Shown here in pieces: positions 16,856 through 25,806 of a DNA stretch of 32,000 nt (within the stretch, counting starts at the first letter, position 1; each line of letters starts with the position of its first letter). The translations under genes and the position numbers were made by a program. The stretch spans positions 1,170,001 through 1,202,000 of the forward strand of contig NZ_CP013011.1 in assembly GCF_001412615.1 (NCBI RefSeq). The letters run 5' to 3'. The notes under the pieces are model-generated. The model saw nothing but the letters and a program-made list of their open reading frames with translations. It was not told the origin of the DNA and did not search any database. This stretch comes from Pyrodictium delaneyi. Its GTDB lineage: Archaea; Thermoproteota; Thermoprotei_A; Sulfolobales; Pyrodictiaceae.

Positions 16856-18628
16856 GTGGCAAGCAGTATGTCGCTAACAAGGCCGGCTACAACCCAAGGT
16901 GTAGAGGAGCTACGAAGACTGGCCAGACGTTACCCGCATCTTGCTAATTATCTAAATAAAATTGTGCCAAGACTAGGATGGCCTGCATACTATGGCGAAG
17001 AAGTGCCACGTGACCTTCGTAAAGCCTCCTACATAAATGTCATGTATATAATAGATAAAGAGGCTGGTATATTCATTCATGTATATATGCCGCCAGAAGG
17101 TACAGAATCAGGCTACCGCAAATATGTAGCAGTCGAGCCGGAACGACCTCCGCGCGAACTGTTCTATCTTATAGAAGAGAAGCTGGCAACTGTGATAACA
17201 GAAAGGGATACTGTTCGTGATCTCGAAGAAAGAAAACGTGTGCTACTCGAAAAACTAAAGCTCATAATAGAGCCTGTTGACGCTCCAATAGATTATCGTG
17301 CACTTATCCCCCGTGTGCACTTGCTACCCCGTATACCAGTCTACAGGGCTCATCTCGACAACTTAATCTACTATATGATTCGCGACAAGGCAGGGCTTGG
17401 CATACTTGAACCAGTGCTTAAGGATCCATATATAGAGGATATATCCTGCCCTGGTGTAGGCTATATCTACATAGTGCACAAGATATTTGGGCCACTTGAG
17501 ACAAATCTCAAGTTTGAAACAGCCGAAGAGCTAGACCGGTTTATAATAGAGTTGAGCGAGCGCATTGGGAAACCCGTTAGCCATGCACGTCCTATAGTAG
17601 ACGCTACGCTGCCTGATGGCAGTCGTATCAACATAGTGTTTGGTACTGATGTAAGTCTCCAGGGCAGCAACTTTACTATACGCCGTGTTGCAAAAGTACC
17701 CATAAGTGTCACACAGTTGGTAAACTGGAACACCTTTGATGAACGTGTTGCAGCTTACCTGTGGATACTACTACTTGAGGGTAATAGCGGCTTCGTATCA
17801 GGCGAGACAGCATCAGGTAAAACAACTACACTTAATGCCATAGTAGCTTTCATCAATCCTACTGCAAAAATAGTTACTATCGAGGATACAGCTGAGCTGA
17901 ACATACCTCACCCCAACTGGGTACGTGAACTAACTCGAGATACTGGTAGCCCAGAGACGAGTGTAACGATGTTCGACTTGCTAAAGGCGGCGCTTCGTCA
18001 AAGGCCAAACTACATAATCGTGGGCGAGATACGTGGAGCGGAAGGCCTCATTGCGTTTCAAGCTATGCAGACAGGTCACCCAGTGCTTGCTACGTTCCAT
18101 GCGGCTAGTGTAGAGAGGCTAGTTCAGAGGCTTACGTCTCCACCGATAAACGTGCCAAAATCACAGCTAGACAACCTGAACTTCGTAGTAATCCAGAGCG
18201 CTATATATAGGGAAGGTGTGCTGGTGAGAAGAGTTCTAAGCGTAAATGAGATAATAGGGTACGATCCCAAGGCCGACTCAGCCCTCTACGTGCCAGCTTT
18301 CACCTGGGACCCAGTACGCGACCGCTTCACCTTCAGAGGGCGTGGTACTAGCTACCTGCTAGAAGAGAAAATAGGTGTAAAGCGAGGCCTCTCTAGACGC
18401 AATATGTTCTTGATATACGATGAGATGGATATACGTGCAAAAATAATACGTGCTCTCATAGAGAAGAAGGTGTTCAACTACTATCAAGTATTCAGAACAT
18501 TGGCTAGAATCTACGGGCTTGTAACCGAGTACGCGCGTAAGGCCTCTAAGGAGGAGGCGCCATACGCGATAGTGGAGGCGCTCGAGGATGCTCTTAGGAG
18601 AATACAGCGTGGCGACCTCATAAAGTAG
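16856..18628 (+). CDS. arlI: ArlI (FlaI) archaellum assembly/motor ATPase
   Basis: Secretion-ATPase motifs: Walker A GETASGKTTTLNA, Walker B/Asp box NYIIVGEIRGAEG and His box TGHPVLATFHA. It is 590 aa. ATG 16868 (MSLTRP), preceded by GAGGTG, is an equally good start. Confidence 0.92.
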   Translation: MASSMSLTRPATTQGVEELRRLARRYPHLANYLNKIVPRLGWPAYYGEEVPRDLRKASYINVMYIIDKEAGIFIHVYMPPEGTESGYRKYVAVEPERPPRELFYLIEEKLATVITERDTVRDLEERKRVLLEKLKLIIEPVDAPIDYRALIPRVHLLPRIPVYRAHLDNLIYYMIRDKAGLGILEPVLKDPYIEDISCPGVGYIYIVHKIFGPLETNLKFETAEELDRFIIELSERIGKPVSHARPIVDATLPDGSRINIVFGTDVSLQGSNFTIRRVAKVPISVTQLVNWNTFDERVAAYLWILLLEGNSGFVSGETASGKTTTLNAIVAFINPTAKIVTIEDTAELNIPHPNWVRELTRDTGSPETSVTMFDLLKAALRQRPNYIIVGEIRGAEGLIAFQAMQTGHPVLATFHAASVERLVQRLTSPPINVPKSQLDNLNFVVIQSAIYREGVLVRRVLSVNEIIGYDPKADSALYVPAFTWDPVRDRFTFRGRGTSYLLEEKIGVKRGLSRRNMFLIYDEMDIRAKIIRALIEKKVFNYYQVFRTLARIYGLVTEYARKASKEEAPYAIVEALEDALRRIQRGDLIK

Positions 18629-18657
18629 ATGCTTAATAGGCCTGGAGGTCTCGGGAT

Positions 18658-20310
18658 TTGTCGATCACAGCAACGGAGGTAAAGATTGAGCGAAGTAAAC
18701 TACTAGACCCAATATTCCTTGCAAGCCTAGCTGTCCCCGTAGCAGCAATAGCTCTAATTAGTAGCCCAGTAGCATATACAGCCATTGTCGTACCAGCACT
18801 GGCTGGTGTATGGCGAATATTACTACCCATAGCTAGGCGACAAGCCCGTACAAACCAGATGGATATGGATCTACTGTTCCTCCTTGCCCACATGTATGCG
18901 GTATCCACGGGAAGACCAGCCCGTCGCCGTCTCTTTGAGCTAAACACACTTGTAGGCGAATATGGTGACTATCAGCGCGTACTACGTAGGATAGCCGTGT
19001 TAGCTGTCGAGTGGGGCTACGGATTTGTCCGCGCAACACGCATGCTAGCTAATCAAGTTAGGAATGATGCCTTCCGCGGCTTCCTCATACGTATGAGCGA
19101 GGTTCTCCGTACGGGTGATGACGTAGTAAGATTTCTTAGGGTGGAGCTCGAGACAGCTATGCGCCAATTTACGAGTAGCTATATGCGTGCAATAGATCTC
19201 ATGCGTATATTTCTTGGACTCTACACGACGCTTATGAGTGCTTCAGCATTTGTTATACTGACTTTTACAATACTAGCAGTGTTCATGGGCGGCGACTCAT
19301 CAGTATTCGTAGTATCTATTATGGCACTCACTGTAACTATTGCAGTATTCGCTTTTATCGCTAAGATGATATCGCCCCGTGACCCAATAATTTATAGGTC
19401 AAAGGAAGTCTTGAATCCAATGCTAGCACGGCTTGCTAGGATAACAAGACTGGCCTTTACCGCATCAGTAGTATTGGGGCTTCTTACATACACTATTACA
19501 CGTGACCCCATGTACACAATACTAGCTTTCGCATTACCCGCTCTCGTCCCTGGCATAGTTGCAATGCGTATAGAAGGATTCATAAAACGTATAAACATGT
19601 TCTATCAAGTCTTTGTCCGCAGTTTCGGGCTCACGTTCTCGGTTATGCCTAACTATGCTAGTGCCCTTGCATCTGTCCTGTCCGCAGATTATGGCGTTCT
19701 AACACCTTATTTACGTCGGCTCCATGCCAGGATAACTAATGGTATTGACCCCCACATAGCTTTTCGCTATTTCGTATTGGAGACAATGAGTACAAATGTC
19801 CTACGTGGAACAAACATTATGGTCGACTCAATAGATGCTGGTGGCGATGCTACTGAGACGGGGCTTATGTTAAGTAGCCTCCTCATTAGGCTGGGAGATC
19901 TACGCATAGATAGAGACCGTGTAGCACGCACCTTTGAAGCAGTTGTATACCTTATGCAGGGTCTTGTGGCAGCAATATCTTCTGCAGTTGTAAATATACT
20001 AATCTTGTTTATGGGGTATTATAAACAACTCATAGGAATGTCGCAGACAATGCCTGAAGTCGTACAATATCTCCCATTCGCTATAACTATACCAAACATG
20101 ACGCTCGTATCATGGGCTATAGCTATATTCCTTGCCGCATTGATATTCATTAACGCGATCATGATAGCATATGTGCGTAGCAGCATATTCGAGATAGCAT
20201 TATTCCACATAGCTGTACTAGCAATAGTAACTGTCGCAGGAGTAAAGGCAATGGAGGTAATATCCCGTATGTTGATAATGCCCGTGTTAATACCTGGGCC
20301 AACGAGCTGA
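18658..20310 (+). CDS. arlJ: ArlJ (FlaJ) polytopic archaellum platform protein
   Basis: 550 aa with many TM helices and two T2SS-F-like repeats. It follows arlI directly. The TTG start at 18658 is supported by GGAGGT 8 nt upstream, and the first ATG would remove about 67 aa. Confidence 0.85.
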   Translation: MSITATEVKIERSKLLDPIFLASLAVPVAAIALISSPVAYTAIVVPALAGVWRILLPIARRQARTNQMDMDLLFLLAHMYAVSTGRPARRRLFELNTLVGEYGDYQRVLRRIAVLAVEWGYGFVRATRMLANQVRNDAFRGFLIRMSEVLRTGDDVVRFLRVELETAMRQFTSSYMRAIDLMRIFLGLYTTLMSASAFVILTFTILAVFMGGDSSVFVVSIMALTVTIAVFAFIAKMISPRDPIIYRSKEVLNPMLARLARITRLAFTASVVLGLLTYTITRDPMYTILAFALPALVPGIVAMRIEGFIKRINMFYQVFVRSFGLTFSVMPNYASALASVLSADYGVLTPYLRRLHARITNGIDPHIAFRYFVLETMSTNVLRGTNIMVDSIDAGGDATETGLMLSSLLIRLGDLRIDRDRVARTFEAVVYLMQGLVAAISSAVVNILILFMGYYKQLIGMSQTMPEVVQYLPFAITIPNMTLVSWAIAIFLAALIFINAIMIAYVRSSIFEIALFHIAVLAIVTVAGVKAMEVISRMLIMPVLIPGPTS

Positions 20311-20382
20311 TTCTGGAGATTCCAGGGTTAGGACGCGTAATATGTAATTTGAGCCCCTACTTCCTCATATAGAAGGGGAGTA

Positions 20383-22758
20383 GTGTTGAGGAGGACAATA
20401 GCGGCGCTGCTTGCGGGAATTCTCGCATTAATTAGTATTGCTGCACTCTCGGCAAATGCCCAAGATGCGCAAGAAACTTATACTGTTGAGCTACGGTTGG
20501 GAGACGATCTATATGTATTATATATCAATATGTCTACTGGCTATTTCGTAGAAACGTCGAGTACACTTTACATGAAGATGAATATTAGACTTGCGTATTC
20601 AACTAGCGCTGAACCTGTATTTGTGTCAGTAGAGGCAAGTCTTGCAGGCGTAGCTATAGGTTCGTCCATGGCAGGGTATCTATCTGATCAAACACCGACT
20701 CGCGAAATAGTTATCAGTGGAATTGTACCGCCGCATGTTGCGGAGCAGATAACATATCATAGCGGTCTAAGCTTCATAGAGGTCAAAGTAAAAGCCTATC
20801 GTGGCAACGAAAAAGCCGTACAAACCATAATGGTGCCCGTAGTAGTAGTAAAGAAGGAACCTAGCATATCGGTGGACGCATTCTTTGACAATGGGAGCCC
20901 CTATACAGTAGCTGTAATAGGTCGTGACATGTTTAGAAAAATCGTTGTTCGTGTGGCAAATACTGGAGAAATACAGGCACGTAATCTTAAGGTATCAATT
21001 CTATTGGGTAATAATACAGTCTACACTGGTACAGTAGCCACGATCCTAGAGCCAGGTGAGCAAGCAGAGACGGAGGCTACGATACCTGTCCCAGTACAGC
21101 CAGGTGTCTACACACTAACAGTCAGTGCGAGAGCGATAGTGGGTGCTGTAAGCTACGAGAAATCAACAAGCCTCATAATGGCTGTTATACCTAGACCCGT
21201 TATCCAGTTAGTACTTGTCAACTCTACACCCGTACTCGAAGGCGAGAAAGTATGTTTCACGATATATGTTAATGGTGTACCCGAGTTTGCTGATCCAAAC
21301 ATAGTGCTAGAATACTCTGCTCCTGGCGCCGGTCAAGATCAATGGAATCCGGTCTATGTTAAAAAAGGTAGAGAGAATGTATCATACTGTTGGGAGGCAC
21401 GTACAGCAGGAGATAGAACCACAGCTTACCTGTTCCGCGCAAAACTACTGCTTCGAATCTACGGGCTCGAGTACGCATCTTATAGCAATACCGTGCAGGT
21501 AACAGTAACACCTATTACATCTGTTCTGTCGCGGAGTAGCCTTCAGCTAGTAGTTGTGCCATCAATGATCTACGAGGGTGGGGAAGCTCGTGCCGTAGTG
21601 ACGTTATCGCCTACACTACCTGGATGTCTTACCGGGAGGCTAGAGGCTCTAGATACACAGACACTAACATGGACGCCGCTCAAGCAAATCAACATATGTG
21701 ATGGGAAAGGTATCGTAAATATATTCGCGTCGGAACTAGGTGTAGGTAATCACACACTTCGCGCCGTTGTCCAGTTGGGCAGCTACACTATAGCGAGTAA
21801 CGCAGCAAGTATTAGGATAGTTGCCAAGCCGGAGCTTGTAGCTAGACTTGTGCCGCCTATAGCTGCACCAGGCTCGTCCACTGAACTATTAGTAAAGGTG
21901 GATCCAGCTATTAGGGAATATAGGGTCTCCATAAAGCCCTCTTGGATGGATAACTGGATTAATACTACTGGGAAGCCCGGTGGTGTGACAGTACCCCTAT
22001 TAGCCCCTGACAAGGAAGGCGTCTATGACGTAAGAATAGAGGTAGCAATCAACGGTGTAAAGTTAGAAAAGACGCTTGTGCTAACAGTCCAGAAGCTCCT
22101 CTTGTTAGTAGCAGCTGAGCCGCAGAAGCTGCGCGCAGGCGAGGTAGACACGATAAATGTAAAGGCAACATTATCGGCGCCTCTGAATGGTACGGCAGTA
22201 TTCACGCTGTCTAGAGGCAATACAGTAATCGATAGTACGGAGAAGCTCATGGTTGACGGGAAAGCGGTAGCTAAGCTCACTGCTCCCAAAGAACCCGGCG
22301 TCTATACTATCAAGGTGTTCGTACCCGAGTACAGGATCGAGAACACTACATTAGTTAATGTGACTAAAATGATGTATGGTATAACGCTTACACTAAACGC
22401 CACGAAGACGGAGCCTAACGGCAAAATAGAGACAAGGATCGAAATACAGCCAAAGCCGACGAGCCCGGTAAACCTAGTACTGATGATCCAGTATCCGGAT
22501 GGTGTGTGGAGAACACTAGTCTCTAAGCTTGTAAGCAGCAACGAGGCAACTATAGTCATTGATGCGCCGAGCGAGCCCGGAACATACCGTGTTAAAGCTA
22601 CTATTCCATCAGTAAATGCTGAGAGCAACGTGGTAACTTTAGAGGTCACTGGTAGAGCTGTGAAAGAAATCGTTCCAGCTAACATGCTTCCAACGGTGAT
22701 AGCGGGGGCTGCTACAATAGCCATTCTGTGGAGCATAAGAGCTATACGCAAGCGCTAG
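20383..22758 (+). CDS. large secreted, C-terminally membrane-anchored surface protein with CARDB/Ig-like repeats
   Basis: Signal peptide MLRRTIAALLAGILALISIAALSANA|QDAQ. The C-terminal TM plus basic tail is LPTVIAGAATIAILWSIRAIRKR. Repeated beta modules of the CARDB kind are present (e.g. VANTGEIQARNLKVSILLGNNTVYTGTVATILEPGEQAETEATIPVPVQPGVYTLTV, and later EPGVYTIKV, EPGTYRVKA, KEGVYDVRI). There are many N-x-S/T sequons. It lies 72 nt downstream of arlJ on the same strand. Confidence 0.7.
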   Translation: MLRRTIAALLAGILALISIAALSANAQDAQETYTVELRLGDDLYVLYINMSTGYFVETSSTLYMKMNIRLAYSTSAEPVFVSVEASLAGVAIGSSMAGYLSDQTPTREIVISGIVPPHVAEQITYHSGLSFIEVKVKAYRGNEKAVQTIMVPVVVVKKEPSISVDAFFDNGSPYTVAVIGRDMFRKIVVRVANTGEIQARNLKVSILLGNNTVYTGTVATILEPGEQAETEATIPVPVQPGVYTLTVSARAIVGAVSYEKSTSLIMAVIPRPVIQLVLVNSTPVLEGEKVCFTIYVNGVPEFADPNIVLEYSAPGAGQDQWNPVYVKKGRENVSYCWEARTAGDRTTAYLFRAKLLLRIYGLEYASYSNTVQVTVTPITSVLSRSSLQLVVVPSMIYEGGEARAVVTLSPTLPGCLTGRLEALDTQTLTWTPLKQINICDGKGIVNIFASELGVGNHTLRAVVQLGSYTIASNAASIRIVAKPELVARLVPPIAAPGSSTELLVKVDPAIREYRVSIKPSWMDNWINTTGKPGGVTVPLLAPDKEGVYDVRIEVAINGVKLEKTLVLTVQKLLLLVAAEPQKLRAGEVDTINVKATLSAPLNGTAVFTLSRGNTVIDSTEKLMVDGKAVAKLTAPKEPGVYTIKVFVPEYRIENTTLVNVTKMMYGITLTLNATKTEPNGKIETRIEIQPKPTSPVNLVLMIQYPDGVWRTLVSKLVSSNEATIVIDAPSEPGTYRVKATIPSVNAESNVVTLEVTGRAVKEIVPANMLPTVIAGAATIAILWSIRAIRKR

Positions 22759-22796
22759 TAATGCTAATACTCTGGGTAGTACACAGAGGGTAGAAT

Positions 22797-23279
22797 ATGG
22801 AGATACTTTTAACCATATTTGTTCTGGCAATTCTACTACTCTTTGTGCTTGTAGTAGCAATCATAATCAGTGTAAACCGTAGTAGACGTAGTAGAAAGAA
22901 CGAGAGCGGGCATAGGGCCTATAGTGGTGAAGAAGGAGCTCCATCATTCGGGTTTGGCGGTGCCGTTGCTACTGCCGGGGAAACAGGAGGCTGGACCTCT
23001 GAGTCTTCAACCAGTGAAACTGGGAGAGAGGCTAGTGAAACAGTGACATCAAGGCTCTTGCTCGTTCTTGACAAGTATCGTGCAATGCCTATAGAGGAGC
23101 TAGAGCTGCGCGTGGGTGCTAGCCGTGAAGAGATAGTGAAGGCATTGCATGAACTAGAGAGGAAGGGGTTTGTCCGTGTGGAGGGTGGAATGCTTATATT
23201 CAGTGAACGTGGCGAAAAATTGATTACAAAGCTTCGCGAGAAATACTTCGATAAACGTCGCTGGCTCGAGAGCATCTAG
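22797..23279 (+). CDS. membrane-tethered winged-helix protein (N-terminal TM, disordered linker, C-terminal wHTH)
   Basis: TM helix ILLTIFVLAILLLFVLVVAIIISV, then the basic stop-transfer RSRRSRK, then a Gly/Ser/Thr/Glu-rich linker, then the wHTH PIEELELRVGASREEIVKALHELERKGFVRVEGGMLIFSERGEKL. Confidence 0.6.
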   Translation: MEILLTIFVLAILLLFVLVVAIIISVNRSRRSRKNESGHRAYSGEEGAPSFGFGGAVATAGETGGWTSESSTSETGREASETVTSRLLLVLDKYRAMPIEELELRVGASREEIVKALHELERKGFVRVEGGMLIFSERGEKLITKLREKYFDKRRWLESI

Positions 23280-23345
23280 GCTTAAGCGCATAATTTGAAG
23301 CCGACAGTATAGTGTTTATGAAATGGAATACTGAAAGTCTACCTG

Positions 23346-23780
23346 GTGTTCATCGGCTCGTGTGCCACATCTTCGGAGGACGATAATAGGTCAGTACGCA
23401 TCGTTAATGCCCCTAGAGGGGTATGGAGGATGCTCATTGGGCGAAAGAACCCGCTGGGGGTGATGGACGACCCCGTCAAAGGATTACTTCTTGAAGCACT
23501 TTCAACTCTTGATTATAATTATATAATCAAGGGAATAGATGTAGAACGCGGCGAAAATGAACTAAGAGTATCAGTTGTCATGAAGCCGCGACGTGACGAT
23601 GCAACAATATCTACATGGCGTATAATAGAGATGGAAGAACGTATAACTTCAGTACTCGGTCTCGAACCCGATCTCTCTCATAGCCGAGTTGGTGTCACAC
23701 CGGAGGGCTTCCTACTGGTTGTATACGTGTTTCGTATCAGGGGTATACGGCCAGTTGACTACGAGAATGCCGGAATTTAG
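23346..23780 (+). CDS. hypothetical protein
   Basis: ORF only, with no recognisable motif. The listed start is GTG. In-frame ATGs at 23430 and 23463 are alternatives. It converges on the next gene with a 4-nt overlap. Confidence 0.35.
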   Translation: MFIGSCATSSEDDNRSVRIVNAPRGVWRMLIGRKNPLGVMDDPVKGLLLEALSTLDYNYIIKGIDVERGENELRVSVVMKPRRDDATISTWRIIEMEERITSVLGLEPDLSHSRVGVTPEGFLLVVYVFRIRGIRPVDYENAGI

Positions 23781-24487
23781 CCATACGATTTTAGCTGTTG
23801 TATGATTTCCGAAATCCGTGTAGCTAATTGTTCCCCTTCGTCAGACACACCTGTGTAGTTTTCTATGAGAAGCCTACATTGTTGTGGCAAATTTTCCGAA
23901 ATGGCTTCATAATACTTACGCGACGTATAAGGTGTTACAACTATATGAGGTAAACCAGTATCAATACAACTTGTGACAGTATAACTAGCCTCCATCACAC
24001 GAGTAGTAGGCGATAACGATGAATGAATGTCAATGCATGCTATTGGTCTCTTATCAATCGTAACTATTATGTCATGGAAGTATTTTGCACCGCTTTGTCC
24101 ATGTATATAAGCTAGAGAGAGAATTTTGAATCCATCATTTTCGAGTTTAGTTGCTATCTGCTGTCGTAGCTCTTTGCAATGCCGGCAGCCGGCTTCAATA
24201 CCCTCTCTTTCTAATCCTCTTTCTATAAAGCGTAGAAGCACTAGTACATGGATACCGCGTGGTGTTATAACATAACTACGATGTCCGTTGTGTTTTCTTA
24301 CCTCTATGAGACCTAAACGTACAAGTTCTTCCTCAACATAGTTTTGGAAACTTCGAGGATTTAAGTTGGCTAGATTCATAAGCCTTGTCTTACGTAGTGG
24401 TCCGCGATGTTCCAGTATAGCTAGTACGTCGGAGATTATGAGGAGGGAATCGCGGCGCTTTATGTTTGGCCTAGAGTCTATCCCCAT
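23777..24487 (-). CDS. winged-helix DNA-binding protein (archaeal HTH_45-like N-terminal domain) with an uncharacterised C-terminal domain
   Basis: From ATG 24487: MGIDSRPNIKRRDSLLIISDVLAILEHRGPLRKTRLMNLANLNPRSFQNYVEEELVRLGLIEVRKHNGHRSYVITPRGIHVL matches the small archaeal wHTH family pattern (RR..L.II.DIL......KT.IM..ANL.......Y...L...GLI......Y.LT..G). A C-terminal domain of about 140 aa of unknown fold follows. The ORF-track start at 24622 adds 45 unlikely residues. Confidence 0.6.
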   Translation of the reverse strand: MGIDSRPNIKRRDSLLIISDVLAILEHRGPLRKTRLMNLANLNPRSFQNYVEEELVRLGLIEVRKHNGHRSYVITPRGIHVLVLLRFIERGLEREGIEAGCRHCKELRQQIATKLENDGFKILSLAYIHGQSGAKYFHDIIVTIDKRPIACIDIHSSLSPTTRVMEASYTVTSCIDTGLPHIVVTPYTSRKYYEAISENLPQQCRLLIENYTGVSDEGEQLATRISEIIQQLKSYG

Positions 24488-24598
24488 GGTGTCCCAGCCT
24501 ATGATACGTTGTGGGACGCCATCTCTACCATAGACTATCAAAACATGGTAAGAGACGACGACCCACACCTGGTAATACTGTTGTTTTAGTGTATATTT

Positions 24599-24614
24599 CT
24601 GTAGTGTACTACAG
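24599..24614. promoter_or_regulatory. inverted repeat (candidate operator) upstream of the wHTH gene
   Basis: CTGTAGT gt ACTACAG has 7-bp perfect arms. It sits in the AT-rich promoter region with TTTTAAAG and TTATATAC boxes on the coding (minus) strand, about 110-125 nt upstream of ATG 24487. Confidence 0.3.
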
Positions 24615-24650
24615 ATACGCAATGTATATAAGTCGCTTTAAAATATATGA

Positions 24651-25631
24651 TTACTCTGAATGTTTATACAGCGAACATATAGCGTATCCCTCCAATAACA
24701 CGCACAATCTATTGGTAGTAGCTTCGTATATTAGTGGTCTTCCAAGCCTCTCTGCTACAGTAATCACGTATCTAGGATCACTATTCATGACAACTGGGAG
24801 TGATAATGGGAGCTCACCCTTCCTTGCGAATGGCTCAGCTGTAGCCTTTAGCAAGGATTCTATTTGTTCTTCCCTTATCTCGGATTTGGCGTAAAACAGT
24901 GAAGAGGTGATAGCCATTATAATACCGGTACCAAAGAGATACATAAACAATTGCCTGTTATTTTCATTGCTATCATTTGTGTATAATTTTACTTCATAGA
25001 CCTTTGAGCCCTTAGTTTCACTAAGCTTAATATAATATATATTGTCTCTAGGTAAATATTCTAAGGTAACGGAAGCAGGAGCATAAATAGTTTCATTCAT
25101 AACGTGAACTTTGAAGGTATATTCCACTATCACCTTATAGCCTGTACCGGTAGGTATACCTGCCTCTCTCATAGCTTTCGAGACTAGTTCGTCTATGCTC
25201 TGTATATTTATCGTCGTATTGAGCTTCTCCCCTATTTCCATGTATCCTGTTGAGGAATCTAGACTTATCATAAACGGTCCTATTTCAACACGTTTGTTCT
25301 GCTGATACTCTATACGTTGTGGTAGCATTATGCTTGTATTGGTTGTAGTGATAGATAAAATTGCTGATACATTGAAGCTGTCCAGTAGTCTAGCAGGAAT
25401 AGCTGAATCGTTGCGTATAATGACTTCACCGGTTGGATATAAGATAGACTTGTGTACCTTGGCATCTATCTCTATAAATGCACCATAGTCTAGAGTTATG
25501 TTTGTTGATTGAGATTGTGGAGACGCCTTAACTAGAGCTAGACTAGCTCCAGAGAAACCTGCCAAAGCTAATCCAAGACTCATTAAAAGAAGGAGAATAA
25601 ACCCTTTGCGGCTATTTTTGCTCTTATTCAT
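24651..25631 (-). CDS. bitopic membrane glycoprotein-like protein, candidate fibre anchor/assembly partner
   Basis: Signal peptide MNKSKNSRKGFILLLLMSLGLALAGFSGASLALVKA. An extracellular beta-rich domain of about 190 aa carries 7 N-x-S/T sequons. It has a single TM (LFMYLFGTGIIMAITSSLFYA) and a cytoplasmic tail of about 78 aa. It lies directly downstream of the signal-peptidase gene on the same strand. Confidence 0.55.
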   Translation of the reverse strand: MNKSKNSRKGFILLLLMSLGLALAGFSGASLALVKASPQSQSTNITLDYGAFIEIDAKVHKSILYPTGEVIIRNDSAIPARLLDSFNVSAILSITTTNTSIMLPQRIEYQQNKRVEIGPFMISLDSSTGYMEIGEKLNTTINIQSIDELVSKAMREAGIPTGTGYKVIVEYTFKVHVMNETIYAPASVTLEYLPRDNIYYIKLSETKGSKVYEVKLYTNDSNENNRQLFMYLFGTGIIMAITSSLFYAKSEIREEQIESLLKATAEPFARKGELPLSLPVVMNSDPRYVITVAERLGRPLIYEATTNRLCVLLEGYAICSLYKHSE

Positions 25632-25668
25632 TACACGTATACACCACTCCGTGATGATACACTATGGT

Positions 25669-25737
25669 GAGAGGTTAGGCCATGGCTCTTGCCCTCTTGC
25701 TTGATAGAAAAGGGCGTAGAGCCAGCCTCGACCTCTC
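25669..25737. other. GC-rich nested hairpin (69 nt) in the AT-rich spacer between the peptidase and membrane-protein genes
   Basis: GAGAGGT t AGGC cat GGCTCT t GCCCT [cttgcttgatagaaa] AGGGC gt AGAGCC a GCCT cg ACCTCTC. Four stacked helices (7+4+6+5 bp) pair perfectly by hand. The local G+C is far above the surrounding spacer. GTGATGA at 25651-25657 lies just upstream on the plus strand. Confidence 0.5.
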
Positions 25738-25806
25738 CCGCTACTATTTACGGGTATCTATCTCTGTAAAATGTTTTGGAGATTGTAAATGGACCTAATC
25801 TCTAGT

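Noticed and set aside
21783-22860. Four minus-strand ORFs (21783-22013, 22023-22289, 22302-22751, 22639-22860)
   Set aside because: All are antisense to the 791-aa surface protein or its downstream neighbour. They are low-complexity Ser/Thr/Ala/Val translations with no start context.
24511-24894. 127-aa plus-strand ORF spanning the wHTH promoter and the 3' end of the membrane-protein gene
   Set aside because: It overlaps a well-formed minus-strand gene and an intergenic promoter region. It has no motif and an odd composition.
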